Assembly (NCBI RefSeq): GCF_001447785.1
Contig: NW_015173683.1
Span: 1,074,243-1,138,242, forward strand
Direction of reading: 5' to 3'
DNA: 64,000 nucleotides
Source of the DNA: Gekko japonicus
Lineage: Eukaryota
Numbering within the stretch: position 1 is the first letter of the stretch; every line of letters starts with the position of its first letter. The translations under genes and the position numbers were made by a program. Shown piece after piece: positions 1 through 13,085 of this stretch. Below the pieces are notes generated by a model. The model did no database searches. It was not told the DNA's origin and worked only from the letters and a program-made list of their open reading frames with translations.

Positions 1-1406
1 TTTATGTTGTCGGAGAATATGGTGCTACACGATAGTGATAAACTGAATGACCTACCAACTGGGAAGTCCCTGGTTTGAATCCAGCCTCTGTCATTAACCC
101 ACTTTGTGACCTTGGCCACCTTCCTTTCCCCCACAAACCCGCATGCACCCATAAATTGGATAGTGCACTATCGTTGTACTTTAGCTGTCATTCACCACTG
201 TATTTTCCTGTGTGGACAAGACCATCCAGGAGATGACTTATGACTGTCGTGCAACATTAGCACAATATCTAATGATGTTTGGATGCTGCCTCAACTCCCT
301 AACTGCAGTATTTGGACAGGAATACTGATCTGCCGTACTTGGTTGTTGCATGGATTATGGCAAAGTAATGAATGTGCAGTGCCTGGAAGGCTCCATGCAA
401 ATACATTGTTGTAACTGTTATTTCTGATTAGAACTGCTCAGTCCTTGAGAATATGCCTTTGTGGTGGAGTGTGTCTGCTCTGCCCTGCAGGCCCTATTCT
501 TCCCTGTCCTCCTAGGTTTTTCCCAACACCTGGAGAGGTTTTTCTTCCACTGATGGGTAGCCCACCACCACCACCACCTGACCTTTGTAAGGAATTGCCT
601 GCTGGGAAGGTCAGGACTCCCAGCTTCCCTTCCAAGTTTTTAGGGCTTGCCTCTGTGTTTCCTGCTGCCCAGTGCCTGGTCACTCCAGGGACAATTTGCT
701 GCCTTGCGTGCCCCAACTGCCTGCCTTCTCCCTGGTGCTCCTTTTAAAATAGTGTGTCCAAGATGGTGGAGGTCTCTGTGGTATAAAGAACCACTGTCAG
801 CATCAAAAGTTAATTATTTATTACAAATAAAATGTTCACAAGCATACATTTACCACTAAAAAGTTACCATTACTTTGAAGCCTTCTTCCAGCTCTTTAGA
901 CGAACACATGGTTAATGGCTGCCTTCCCAGTGGAGAGATCTGTGAGCTTTCATGGACTCAGCACCCAAGGAAAAGAGACCTCCTTCCTGCTGCAAGGAGT
1001 TTTTAATCACCTCTCTTTTACACACCCCCTTAACAAGTCAGGACAGGTCAGAGAAGTGATTCATGGGGTTTCTTCCTGGAGATTATTCCTGGCTCCGTCT
1101 AAAGTTCTCCAAGTCTCTGTTCCCTGCTTGGAGAAGGGGAAGAGCTTGACCCACCCATTATCTCTTTTGATAGAGCTATTAATATTTGTGTGAAGGTAGG
1201 CTGAGGTATGTCTGGAAGGCAGTTTTCGTGGACTGCCCCTCTTCTGTCTGTTTTTTACCCGGAGGAGAAAAAACTTTAAATCTGGATATACCCTGGGTTC
1301 TGTTTGTGCAGCACACAATTTGAATCAGTTAGCATTACTGTAATAACTTCAAAAAAAGGTGGGACTGTGTTGTAGTCTGTGTGTAGTCTACAGTTCACAG
1401 TACTTA

Positions 1407-1756
1407 AAAAGGTAAAGGTTCCCTTGCTCGAAAGCAAGTCGAATCCGACTCTAGGGTTGCGTTGCTCATCTCCGTTTCAAAGCCGAAGAGCCAGTGCTGT
1501 CCGAAGACGTTTCCGTGGTCATGTGGCCAGCATGACTAAACACCAAGGCACACGGAACGCTGTTACCTTCCCACTGAAGTGGTACCTATTTATCTACTTG
1601 CAATTTCTTGCTTTCAAACTGCTAGGTTGGCAGGAGCTGGAACTAGAGACGGGAGCTCACTCCGTCATGCGGCACACTCAGGTCTCGAACTGCTGAACTA
1701 CTGACCTTCCACAGCCTGCAGTTCAGCGTCTTGGCCACTTGAGCCACCGCAGCTCC
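1407..1756 (-). mobile_element. Sauria-type (tRNA head, BovB/RTE-mobilised) SINE, full length
   Basis: (ACCTTT)n tail reads aaaggtaaagg on +; tRNA-like head at right end; 13-bp TSD ttcacagtactta (1394-1406 / 1757-1769); near-identical copies at 26754, 53862, 58148. Confidence 0.9.
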
Positions 1757-1924
1757 TTCACAGTACTTACAGTGATGTAAATCACTGGTTCTCGAGCTGT
1801 GGGTCAGGTCGTGACTCTATTGCAAGTGGATCACAATGCTAGGAGAGATGGGGAGGAGGAACAGGATGAGCTGGGAGGAGAAGCTCTGTTTTTTCTTTGG
1901 ATCATTTTTGAAATAAGCAGCCTG

Positions 1925-2103
1925 ATAGCCGTGTCTCAGCAGAGCTTGGAAGCTGAGCAGGGTTGTGCATGGTTAGTACTTGGATGGGAGACCACCAAGT
2001 TAGTCTAGGGTTGCTACGCAGAGGAAGGCAATGGCAAACTACCTCTGCTTGTCTCTTGCCTTGAAACCTGGGGTCACCATGAGTTGGTTGTGACTTGATG
2101 GCA
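1925..2103 (+). mobile_element. 5S rRNA-derived SINE with RTE-like tail
   Basis: 5S internal promoter-like segment aagctgagcagggttgtgcatggttagtacttggatgggagacc, then ggaaggcaatggcaaac and ggggtcaccatgagttggttgtgacttgatggca (RTE-type 3' end). Confidence 0.75.
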
Positions 2104-3171
2104 AACAGTTATTATTAATGTTTGAAATGGCTTTGATATATGCAGCCTGTGGCTCAAAAATGCTATAGGTTTATAAACAATAAACATGAAAAATAAAACA
2201 GTGACTTCTTTGGTGTCAGTAGAAGGAAGATTCCTGCATTTTATGTCAGGAAGGAGGGAGAGAATGGCACAGAGTTGCTTTGTTAATCGGTCGTGAAAAG
2301 AGCAACAAGTTTAGAAGTGGGTCCCACTTCAAAACACATGCTAAACATTGATGTCAATGGTGAAGGATTCTTCTGGAACCAGTGGACAATGGGTGACATA
2401 CACAAGAGTGTACACACATGTCTGCAGCGGCACAATTAGTTTAACTAAGTGTTTTCAGTAATTAAGTCTTCAAACTGGGTAACTGGAAGGGGGGGGGAAT
2501 AGCTACCAAGTACATGTGACTGATGAGTGCAAATATAACTAAGGCACAGTTATTGAACCCAGTACACTTTTTCATTAACAGATCTACTATGATATGTATG
2601 TTTTGCTTTCAGAAGTGGGTGGTGGGTGGCACTCATGCAGGCATTAGGCTTTTAGAGGTTTGAGGGTTGTTGTTTTTAAGTGAGATGCCAATAATGTATA
2701 TTTCCTATGTAGAAATTATGCATTTTCTACACGTCTTGTGAGATCTTAGTCAATTAATAAAAGATTCGCAACCACAAAGCTAAAAAAAATAAAATCTGTA
2801 TATTGTGGGGATTTCTTTCCTTTTGTAAAAATGCTTCAGGCATACTCCCCACACCAACAAATGCAATCCTTCATGTGAAAATGAACTTCCATAGGTGAGA
2901 CTACTGAATTGACTATCAAAAAGAGGCTGGTGAACTAGTGTGGTGTACAGTGTTAGTGTGAAGGAGACCCCGGTTCACATCTTTGCGTGGCTGTGAAACT
3001 TGACATTTTTTGTGTGGACACAGCTGTATGCATGCAGTGTTCAGTAGGTTTTGTGGTTCATTTCAAAAATGAGATGTCTGTTTTTAGCTCTTAATCAGTG
3101 ACTTCCAGCTAGACATATTTGATAACCAATTGTACTTGAAGGCAGCCTTCCCAATAGACCCACAGGTGAAA

Positions 3172-3400
3172 GACAGTGGGGTGTAGTGGTTAGAGCTTTG
3201 GGACTATGATGTGGGAGCCCCAGATTTGAATCCTCACTCTGCCATGGTCACTGGCTGGCTGACCTTGGGCTGGTCATTCTTTCTTAACCTAGCTGACCCC
3301 ACAGGGTGGTGCTTGTAAGGATAAAATGGAGGAGAGGAGAAGAGTGTTGCTTTGGGTCTCCTTGGGATGGCGCGGGGAGTTTAAATACCAAAATAAATGT
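3172..3400 (+). mobile_element. Old tRNA/CORE (MIR-like) SINE
   Basis: A box gtgtagtggttagag, B box tttgaatcc, gaccttgggc core, cacagggtggtg..gtaaggataaaatggaggag. Confidence 0.7.
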
Positions 3401-6164
3401 AATCCCCACTTCATCAGGAGGGGATCATTAAACTGAATTTTTAATAACCATGCAAATATGGCTTGAAAGCTGAATTTTAGGAGACATGCTGATTATTTTA
3501 GGAGACATGGTGATCCCTAGCCCCTTTTTGATCCTGGCCCCACCCTGGTGGGACTCTCTGCCTACTACAGTCAGTGCCCTGCGGGACCTCGTGCAGTTCC
3601 GCAGGGCCTGTAAGGCAGGATGTTCCGCCAGGCTTTTGGTTAGGGACAGTGGCTGGCACCCATTCCCCCCCGCAAAAAAAACCCCAGTTGCTACTGATGC
3701 CATCTTAAATTTGAATTGGTTTTTAAATTGGTTGAATGTCATCAATTTTATGATATCTGATGTTTTTATATTGTATCTAAGGCTTAACACCATATTGTAA
3801 ATCATCGAGAGCCTTGTGCAAGTCGGGATGGGACAATTTCTAAGTCTAATTAATGATGATGATGATGATGGTATATGATCAGGAAATAGAGTACAATTTC
3901 CCTTGTGGTCCCAAGTCCATTTTTGGTAACTATGGGGAGCTTAAAGTTAAGATACCTAAATCTTGAGGGCTGTGAGGCAAGTGAGACTTTGCGTGGTAAC
4001 TTGTTGTAATTATAAATTATTACAGGTAACAAATCAGTAGAACACATAAAGAAAATGGAGATGTGGCATTCTTGTGCCCTCATTCATACAGACATTTCTT
4101 CCTCATTACGTGACGTTAGCTGTAGAGGCACACACCATGACTTTTTGCAGATCTGAATAAGTTTTGTGTGTTGCATGTATGTTACATGCCTAACTGAATA
4201 TCAGCTTGTGCTTTCACTCTTCCCTGAGTGGATCTAATGATATTATCAGACCTGCTTCCTGTTCAAGGAAAATACCTGTAGAAGAAATATGCCGTCTCTT
4301 AAATTTTGAAGTAGAAAACCAAGGACTTCTGACAAGTGATAAATCCAATTTTGGTTCTACTCTGGGAACATTTAAAGATTTTTACTGGAGTAAAATCTGT
4401 GTTTTGGGGGTCAAGTGAGTTCTGAATTTTCATAGCAGTTCTGTATGTTCAGAAGAATTGAGCATACTTTCTGTTTCTAAGGTATGACAAGAAGGAACCC
4501 GCAATACTCATGGAGGGGGGGAATCCTCCCCCCCATCACTGCTGATTCCCTTCTTTGGGATAAATGGAGGGGTCGAGACTCACGCAGAGGGGGAATCGCA
4601 TACCCCCCCCCAATCCTGAGCCTGGCAAGGCTCCAGGCACATCCACTAACCATGGACCTCAGCTGCTGGAATCCTCTGCTACTGTGCCTGGGCCTGCTTT
4701 GGCTCTCAGTGTCCACCGCCATGGCCGGGCCCACAGGGGCTGCTGGAGTCTCCTGTCACTGTGCTTGGGCCTGGAATGGCTGCTGGCATCAGCTACCAAT
4801 GCAAGCGGGTGTGCAGGGGCTGCCAGCGTCCACTCCATTCCGGCACTGAGTCCTGCTTATCTTTTTATACAGAGCAGCGTCTGGATAAAATGAACCTTCT
4901 CTTGCCTTTTACCAGAGATTAAGCATTTTGAGATTAAGATTTATGTGTCATTAATAGTTCTGTGCAATAATCGATTGGGAAATGTCCACATTTTCCCTCT
5001 TTATTGACATTTACTTTACAAAATGAACTCAGCAGTAATGCTTTTTAAACTAAGAGATTGTAATGGGTTTGTATGTAATGCTGAATAGAATCTTGATAGG
5101 TTTTGAGTGTAATTTAAATCTGTGCTTAGCAATAGTGAAGTTTTACTTTAGTTTTAAGATGTATTAGTAAACACATCTTGGTCAGTTTCTTCCATTGTGC
5201 TCTGGTTTCTAGATTATAGAGGGCTGGGGAGGTAAGTAGACATTTACAACTATTAATTTTAATGAATTTATTGAAAGTAAACTTGCTTGAGCCACTGTTA
5301 GCATCTGTGAGCAGCGGGCTAACCTTCAGTTGAGTGTTTTCAACAGACTAGTTTGCCCTCCACTGGGCCTACCTTTAGGACCTGTTTTTGTGGCACCTAT
5401 TGAAATCAGAAGAGTATCCTTTTAATGAGATATCTTTAAGGGCCCAGGTTTCTTGAAATGAATAAAATTACTCAGTAAAGAGTATTCCGACGGATCACGT
5501 AGCCCATCCAGCTATATTAAACTATACTGTGGCATGATTGAGGTACCTGAACACATCCCTGAAAGTCACCAGGAATATGTGTGGCAGCACCAGTGAATTT
5601 ACTGCTGTTGCTGGTTGGTATGTTTGGGTGCGGTAGGCTAAAATTAAAGCAAAACTTCCTGGGGCTGGAGGTCAGCAAAATTTACTAAGGGGGATACCCT
5701 CTGCCCAGCCCAAGGCACTGCAACTCACAGTGTCTGGGGAGTGCCTTCTCTTAATTTATCAGGGGCCGTTCCTCCCTGCTAGCACCTATTCAATGAGGAA
5801 TGAACCCTCTGGAAGTCATTTACTCTGTGGAGGCAGACAGAAGAGGTGGAGTGAGAGGAAAGAGGGAGCCACGGATTTGAAAGGGTTTTCGTTGAGGGAA
5901 TCTTCTCAAATTGTGCACAAGAACCATGATCCAATGGCTTCCTTTTTGGGATGCCTGGAATTTCTGTGCGTAGTGTGTCGTTGACAACATCTTCCCACTA
6001 ATTGAAGTTTCATAGTTACTTCAGATATTGCATTTGGAACTGGAATTTTAATAGTAGAATAGTTGTGAGAACACTACTTTAAAAGACTTTAAAAATGACT
6101 AGAGAAATTCATAAATCCATAAATGGCTATTGGCTCTGATGGTTAAATGGGACCTTCATGTTGG

Positions 6165-6372
6165 GGGAGGGCTGTGGCTTAGTGATAGGGTCTTCGCTTG
6201 GCATGCAGGGAGTCCTGGGTTCAATCCCTGACATCTCGAGTTAAAAGGACTAGTTAAAAGGGTGTGAAAGACCTCTGCCTGAGACCCTGAAGAGCCACTG
6301 CCAGTCTGAATACATAATACTGATCTTGATGGACCAAAGATCTTATGCAATATAAGGCAGATTCGTGAGTTC
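6165..6372 (+). mobile_element. tRNA-derived SINE nested in a CR1 3' fragment (6085-6580)
   Basis: ggctgtggcttagtg..gggttcaatccctg tRNA head; related copies at 11360-11530, 33453-33662 and 62022-62176(-). Confidence 0.7.
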
Positions 6373-6500
6373 TTGCATATCTCTGAATAAGCAGCTGGGA
6401 TAGAACAGCAGCAGGTAACTTTGGCCTCTGTGCCTTTCTTGTAGGCCTTCTAGGGGTATCTAGTTGGCCTCTGAGAGTAACAGTATGAAAGAACAGATAG

Positions 6501-6708
6501 ACTTTTTGGTATGATTCAGCTGCATTCTTCAGCTGCATTCTTCACTTTTTGGTATGATTCAGCTGCATTCTTCATGTGGTCTTACAGCTGTAGATTTTTT
6601 GTGCCATGATTGTCACGGGACACAATTCCAGAGTAGAGTTGCCAGGTTACAGCTGTAGATTTTTTGTGCCATGCCATGGGACACAATTCCAGAGTAGAGT
6701 TGCCAGGT
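6501..6708. repeat. Nested short tandem duplications (43-bp and ~65-bp units)
   Basis: actttttggtatgattcagctgcattcttc twice; ttacagctgtagattttttgtgccatg...tagagttgccagg twice. Confidence 0.9.
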
Positions 6709-9191
6709 CCGTTGGAACTGCAGGTGAGGGATGGGGGTACACTTACCAAGTGTGGGGAGGGAAGAAGCCAGAAATAAACATGATGTGCCTATGTCACCCA
6801 GAAGTGACACAGGCACGTCATGGACATCAGAGGCAATGCTCTCGTCTTAGGGCAAAAGTCTGTGGTAGAATTAGCTTCTAACCATAGAGTTTTGCCTCAA
6901 AACCAGAGTGTCGCCTTAAGTATGGCAGTGGGTAAGACCTTTATCATTGGGATCAGGATTACATAGATGTGAACCACAAATGTTATGTGCAGAAAGCATT
7001 ACTAGTGCTATTTTTAAAACCCTTGGCACGTGTGTGGAATAAAGTGTTGGTTGTATTTGACAGGTTTATGTATGTCATTCCTTTTCATGTGGTAAGGAAC
7101 TTAGAATCAGTTGAATAATCATGTTGCTGATGTTTCAGAGCTACCAGAATGCTGGCCATTAATTTTCACTGACTTAGTATTGTACCCCACCAAATGATAA
7201 AATAGCTTGTATGCATAACCAGAACATTTTGCTTAGCCCAAATAATTTATAGTTACTTCTAGGAGACTTGGATATTTCACTGTGCAGTCTTAAGCCTACA
7301 TATGTCCATTCAAGGCAGTTTTAGGACAACAATAGCTATTCTGTAGACACTATGGGAACCCTAAGCAACTAGGTATGAGGATGGAGGTGGGTGGCCTGGC
7401 CTGTATTGCTTAGAGGGGTAAAAATAAGAAGCAAGTGTAGCCGTCTGTCAGCAATTGATTGTACACCCAATCCAGTTTTCTCCTCAAGAAGCTGTTTACA
7501 GATGCCAGCGAATAGGCCTGGACCACCCCTGTGTTGGGCTTTAAAATCTGATGCTTAATACCATGGGCAGCTTTCATCTTCAAAGTCCAGTTCATTCCGG
7601 CGTTATCTGTAAAGTGAGCAAAGGAGATCAGTGACAACCTAGCCAATATTCAAGAAAAGGTATTCAGTTTTTCTCACCATTTGAAACATTTGTTACTACT
7701 ACTTAATGTGGCTGTAACGTTGATTTATTAAAACATTTCTGATTAGGTGGTGCTCCTGTTTTAGCAGGCCTTTTGGCAATTAAAAAAATAACGCAAACTG
7801 TGGATGGCAGCAGGCACCGTCTTTGGAGAGGAGTTTGGGTGTGTGTGAAGGAGTATGCGTCTAAAAAGTAGTATTGTACCAGGCGTCACATAAAAGCAAA
7901 TATTTAATAGTATAATTTTAAATATTTGTATAGTTGCATGTGGATTGGTTAAAACTCATTAAGATTACATGACTATTTAATTAATCGCACAACAACCCAA
8001 TGTCTTAAAAAGTAGCTTTCTTGTGAATACTTGTCACAAATATTTCCCAGCCTAATAATGGGATCCTATTGCTTCTGTCTCTCTCCTTCATGTCTTAGCT
8101 GTAAAAAACAACTCTCTTTGTGTTTTGGTGAGGCTTCCGAGATTTCCGTTTAGCCTCAAACGCACCACTGTGGCTTTTCTGAAACACTCCAGTTATCTAA
8201 AAACAAGCATTGTCAAGTACATAACATTAATTGCTACCTGCACAGTTAATTAGCTGAATATTCAATTCAATTTATTACAGGTCTTTATGACCGAAGTCTT
8301 GACCAAGAGGATACCATTAGCTGAATATTTAAATGGCTATATTGCTTAAATCTTAAAACAGTGCAAAAGCTCATTCTAGCAGAAAGATGGGAGATATTGA
8401 ATCACTGGAAAATCTCTCTAATTATGAGATACATTTTATTGTAGAGATACCTTGATAGGGGCTGCTCAGATATGTCACATTCTTTAAACAAGACTTCTAA
8501 ACCTTTTATCATGACTTCTAAATCTTTTATCTGTCTTGTGAAATAGGCATATATTTGTGCCTGATGACGTTGTGGTACTGCTCATTCAAGGTGGTTTTCT
8601 TGAATGGTGTGTGACTAAGTAAGTGGCTAATAACGACTTAATTTTTTTTTAATTTGTAGGGATGTGCACAGAAATGTAGTTTGGGCCATTTAGTTAACTT
8701 TTTTAAGGAAATGATTTCTGTATAATGATTAGCCCTCTTGAGAGTCTGTGTTTTGTTATTTCTATTGGTTTCTATTGAAAAGTGCACTTCTAACTTTTCT
8801 ATTTTTGCTTAGACACATTTTGAATGAAATTATCAGGAGAGATAACTAAAGGGATTCTATTCCAGACTTCAGGAATTTTGTGTTAGTATAGTGGGTAGTG
8901 GGCACAGAAAAACATGAAATGGTGTGTGAGGTTTCCCCCCTTCTTTCCTGAGCTCCTAAAGCAAAGGGCGTATAATACTCCCTTTTTAATCAAAAGTTGC
9001 ATGTGTAGGCAAGGGGAGCTAAACTTTCCCCCACACCCCTTATTCTGTGATGGTCAGACTTCAGCTTTCTTCTCCCATCCTGGTTGATTACTGGTTTTGG
9101 ACTCTGACCTGGAGAAACATTCTTCAGGTGCAGGAGTAGGGGCTTAATTGCAGAATATATATTCTTCATGGGTCTGCTTTGGGGACAGTCA

Positions 9192-9784
9192 TTCACAAAA
9201 CCAAACAAGGACCCACGGTAAGTAGGAAAACCAACATACAACAAGTACCGTGCACAGATGATTATAACATATCATAAATAATTTTATATTTTTTGAAAAA
9301 TATTTTACAATAATTTCTACATATATAATAAATCATCTTAATCAAAATCCTCAAAAATAATTTCTACATCTTAATCAAAATATTTTTACAATAATTTCTA
9401 TCATCTTAATCAAAATCCTCAAAAATCATCTCCAAGAATTTCAAAAGCTATTGTACAACCTTTAATAATAGTCCTCCTCTGTTAAATAAAAGTTTCAAAA
9501 GGGAGGACTCCTTAAAGTCTCTTTATAACATGTGCTCGTGTTTTCCTCCAACAGAGGTCCAGATATCCTTCTGTTTCCAAATCTTCCTCAGGGAGTTCAA
9601 CAATAATTTTCAGCACAAGGTTGCCACATACCAAAGTTTTAATCCAAAGTTCTCTTCAATGAACGCTGCAAAAAATTTTTTTGATGAGCTACAAGCCTCC
9701 TCCAAAGTGAAAAGCACGTTCCTCATCAAAAAATTATTTATGATATGTTATAATCATCTGTGCACGGTACTTGTTGTATGTTGG
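9192..9784 (-). mobile_element. Non-coding insertion with inverted terminal segment (Penelope-like architecture)
   Basis: Perfect 55-bp inverted repeat 9231-9285 / 9730-9784; 39-bp extra tail 9192-9230; TSD ttggggacagtca 9179-9191 / 9781-9793. Confidence 0.75.
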
Positions 9785-11359
9785 GGACAGTCAAGCAGAC
9801 ATGCTTTGGGAACTCACAGGTGAAACTTGATTCCCAGGCACATGGGGTCCTGAGGCTGCAGGTGCCTGGGAATCAAGTTCCACCCAGGACCTCCCAGAGT
9901 TCATCTGCTTGGCAGTCCCTGAGGCGGACCTGGGAGCAGCACACCAAGGAGCAAGGTTTAGCTGGTTTTGTTTAAAATAGGCCTCCCACCTCCAACTTTG
10001 GTTATACCTGAGCATATTTTTCATCTTACGATCTAGTAACAGTTGTGGAGAGGAACATGACTGTTTATACTTTTACATGAAATTAGGGTGAATGAGATAC
10101 TGTGATCGAACCTTGTCATGGGTGAATAAGTCTAAGAGAAGTTTTCTTAATTCTTCTTTACCCAATTTCTTCCTGAACTTCAAAAATCCATTTATTTTCT
10201 TCTTTTTAGGTGTTTAGAGTCAGTTTCTAAAAAAAAATCCATTTTAATCAAATTGATTTTTTTCAGAAAAAGAAATGAAAGATCCTTCTTCTAAAAGATA
10301 AAAAGAGAATAAGAGGCATTAGGGGCTATGTCTAAAAAAGTGAATTTTAGGGGGAAATCCCCTCTCAATAACAACACTGTTGGTGAGTGATTTTATTTTT
10401 GCGGGTGGAGAACTATATCTCTGTCTCCTGCCATTCTCCTGACTCCCAGTGATACAAGCAAAGAATTTCTTGTTGTTGTCCCTTGCTGGTGTTGCCAGTT
10501 GTCAGTGGTAGGTGGGTGGGGAAGTCTGTGTCTCTACCTTCATTCCCCCCCCCGTCCCTGCCTGTCTGCCAGTGGGTACAAGTAATTCTTTGTCACTGCC
10601 TTACAAGTATAGCCCCAGATAATGAAACCCGTCACGCAGATAGCATCTTTGCTTGTATGGAATCAGAAAGCCACTGAGCTGGTGCAAAGAGTGGCAGAAA
10701 GTCAAAACTAATCAGGATGCTTCAGTTGGGCAGAAACATCAGCAGGCCCTTCTGGTGGAATGTTGTATTGCTTGTTCATGTGCCATATTTCGTATCTCAC
10801 AGTGTCAGGCATTTATTACTCAGTGGCTCTCTAGACCATACTTAAGACAATTGGGTTTAAAGTTTGGAGAAGTTGTTTTACCCTACAGCAGTAATATCTA
10901 GATGGCAGATCAGGACCTTGCAAGCTGTGAAAGTACAGGTTGTCAAGCTGCAAGGAATGGATATTTGAGCTGGTAACGACTTAAGGCTGAATTCAGCTTA
11001 GGGGCAAGGGCATCTGGGCAAAGGCATCTGACCCAAGTGTTATGCCAAAAATATGTTCTGGATTTCTACCTGGGGCTTTCTTTAAAGGTTTGCCAGTTTC
11101 TAGCTGCATGGTTTCTGAGTGTTTAAAAGGCAACTTGTATCTGTATGTGGTGCACTTTTGACATATTTCCTTAAGTAGCTGACTTGAAAGAAAGATTTCC
11201 AGTGTCCCATTATGCTGTCATTATCTTCCCGGGTCAATCCCGTGTACTGTTTCTGTTATTACACTGGAGAAAATTACTGATATATGGATAATAATTTCAA
11301 ATTCATTGTGTTTTTTAATGTTTGAAAACTTAAAATAAAAATGCAACAAAAGAAGGAAG

Positions 11360-11530
11360 AGGAGTCGTAGCTCAGTAGCAGAGCATTTGCTTTGCACACT
11401 GAAGGTCCCAAGTTCAACCCCTAGCTTCTCCGCTAAAAATAATATTGTATTAATGAGATCCTGGAGAGCCAATGCCAATCAGGGTAGACAATACTGACCT
11501 TGCCATGACTTGATATAAGACAGCTTCAAG
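11360..11530 (+). mobile_element. tRNA-derived SINE (same family as 6165)
   Basis: gtagctcagtagcagagcatttgctttgc..aggtcccaagttcaaccc head; gagatcctggagagcc..gtagacaatactgacc body. Confidence 0.7.
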
Positions 11531-12853
11531 TAATGAAGGCTATGTGTATGCTTCACAGATGAAGTTGGAAATAATATGGTAGCAATTGAGGCAATGCTTT
11601 GGATGAAATCTTCTACTTGGAACAGGATGCTTATTATGACTTGAGTTTATGATGCTGCTGAACTTGGCATAGAAGTCATATGACATCATAAAACTGGCAT
11701 GGTAGCAACTCCAAGCTTTATGGAAACAAGCCTCATTTACAGATAATGAATATAAATGAGTCCTTTTGAAATTGGACAATGGGTTCATATTAACCTTTAT
11801 TAACAATGGTTAGTAGGTGGCCTTCGCATGTCCTACTTTTAAGCGTCATATTTTCCATTTGTCAAGCAAGACTTCTCTCTGGGCATCAAGTTTTCCATAT
11901 ATATATTTGTTAGCATGATGTTTGTTAGCATGATGGCTAAGTGAACCTCCATGGCAATATGCCTCTGAATACCAGAGGCTGAAAAGGGGCAACAACAGGA
12001 GGAGGTGTTGGTGTCTGTTCTCCTGCCAGTGGGAGGCCTTGTTCATCTGGCTTGCTGGCTGTGCAAAACAGGATGATGGTCTAGCTGGGTTTGGGATATG
12101 ATTCAGCCCAGCTGCTCTTAGGTACTTATAAGAGCAGCAGCCATTTTTACTGGTTTCCTTTCTTTATAGTCCTAGGCTGTACCATCCAAGCACCTTATTA
12201 GTGTAGCTTGGAAATACTGTTATCTCGGTGTTTCAGATGGGGAAATGAAAGGAACATATTTCTAAATGGGATTCAATTTAAACTACAATCTAGGCTGGCT
12301 AATTGCGCATAGGAGAACATGAGGGCAGATAAAAATAGAGCTGGCTTCTGCTCTGTATTAGAGAAATTTCTGTTTCCTCTGAGAGTGCACATTCCCCCTC
12401 CCTTCTCCACCATATTTTCAGGGTTTTTTTCCCTATATTGGATTTTCCACACTTTTAACATGGTAACATTCAGGTTTATTTCAGTCTGAGCCTGACCTGG
12501 TGACCCATTAAGCCAGCCAAAGCCTTCCAGGCATGTATAGTGACCCACCAGGGGCTCAGCAAACTTCTTGTGTTTGCTGTTTGCCTGGGACTGGAAAAAC
12601 AAAGGGGCTGTCCAGCACTGAGCAGGTTGTACTTCATGACTGTTGTTGTGGGGGCAGCAAGGGGGCAGTTTAGTACAGGGGAGATGACTACATCATAGGA
12701 TTGTTGCTGTTTGGGAAATATAGAGGAGAGAATGATGTTGCAAGCTGCTTTAGGGAAATATAGAGGGGAGAATGATGTTGTGAGCTGCTTTGGCTCTCCC
12801 TGCAAAGGAGAAATTGCCGAATAAAATAATAACTTCATATGTCTCCCTAGAAG

Positions 12854-13064
12854 TCAGGTTGTCAACTTTGAGTGGGCAAATTCTGGAGGTGCCACCTGGG
12901 GAGGGTGGGGTTTGAGGAGGGAGGGGAGGGACCTCAGCCGGGTATAATGCTATGGAGTCCATCCTCCAAAGCAGCCACTTCCTTCAGGGGAATGGATCTC
13001 CAATCTGGAGATCAGCTGTCACTCCAGGAGATCTCCAGACCCCACATGGAAGTCAGCATCCCTG
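12854..13064 (+). mobile_element. hAT-type MITE (TAGGGTTGCCA-like TIR family)
   Basis: Degenerate TIRs; 8-bp TSD cctagaag / cctagaaa; shared body ctggagatcagctgt..ccaggagatctccag. Confidence 0.7.
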
Positions 13065-13085
13065 CCTAGAAAACATCTGTTAGAT

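Noticed and set aside
1379-1696. Recurrent ~90-105 aa ORF (LESQSNPTLGLRCSSPFQSRRASAV...) seen four times, suggesting a gene family
   Set aside because: Antisense translation of near-identical Sauria SINE copies; not a protein gene
1940-2000. 5S rRNA gene
   Set aside because: Only a diverged partial 5S segment fused to a retroposon tail; SINE head
2519-2560. CTGATGA-GTGC...GCAC, possible amniote intronic hammerhead (HH9/HH10 type)
   Set aside because: No GAAA after the stem and no helix I/III
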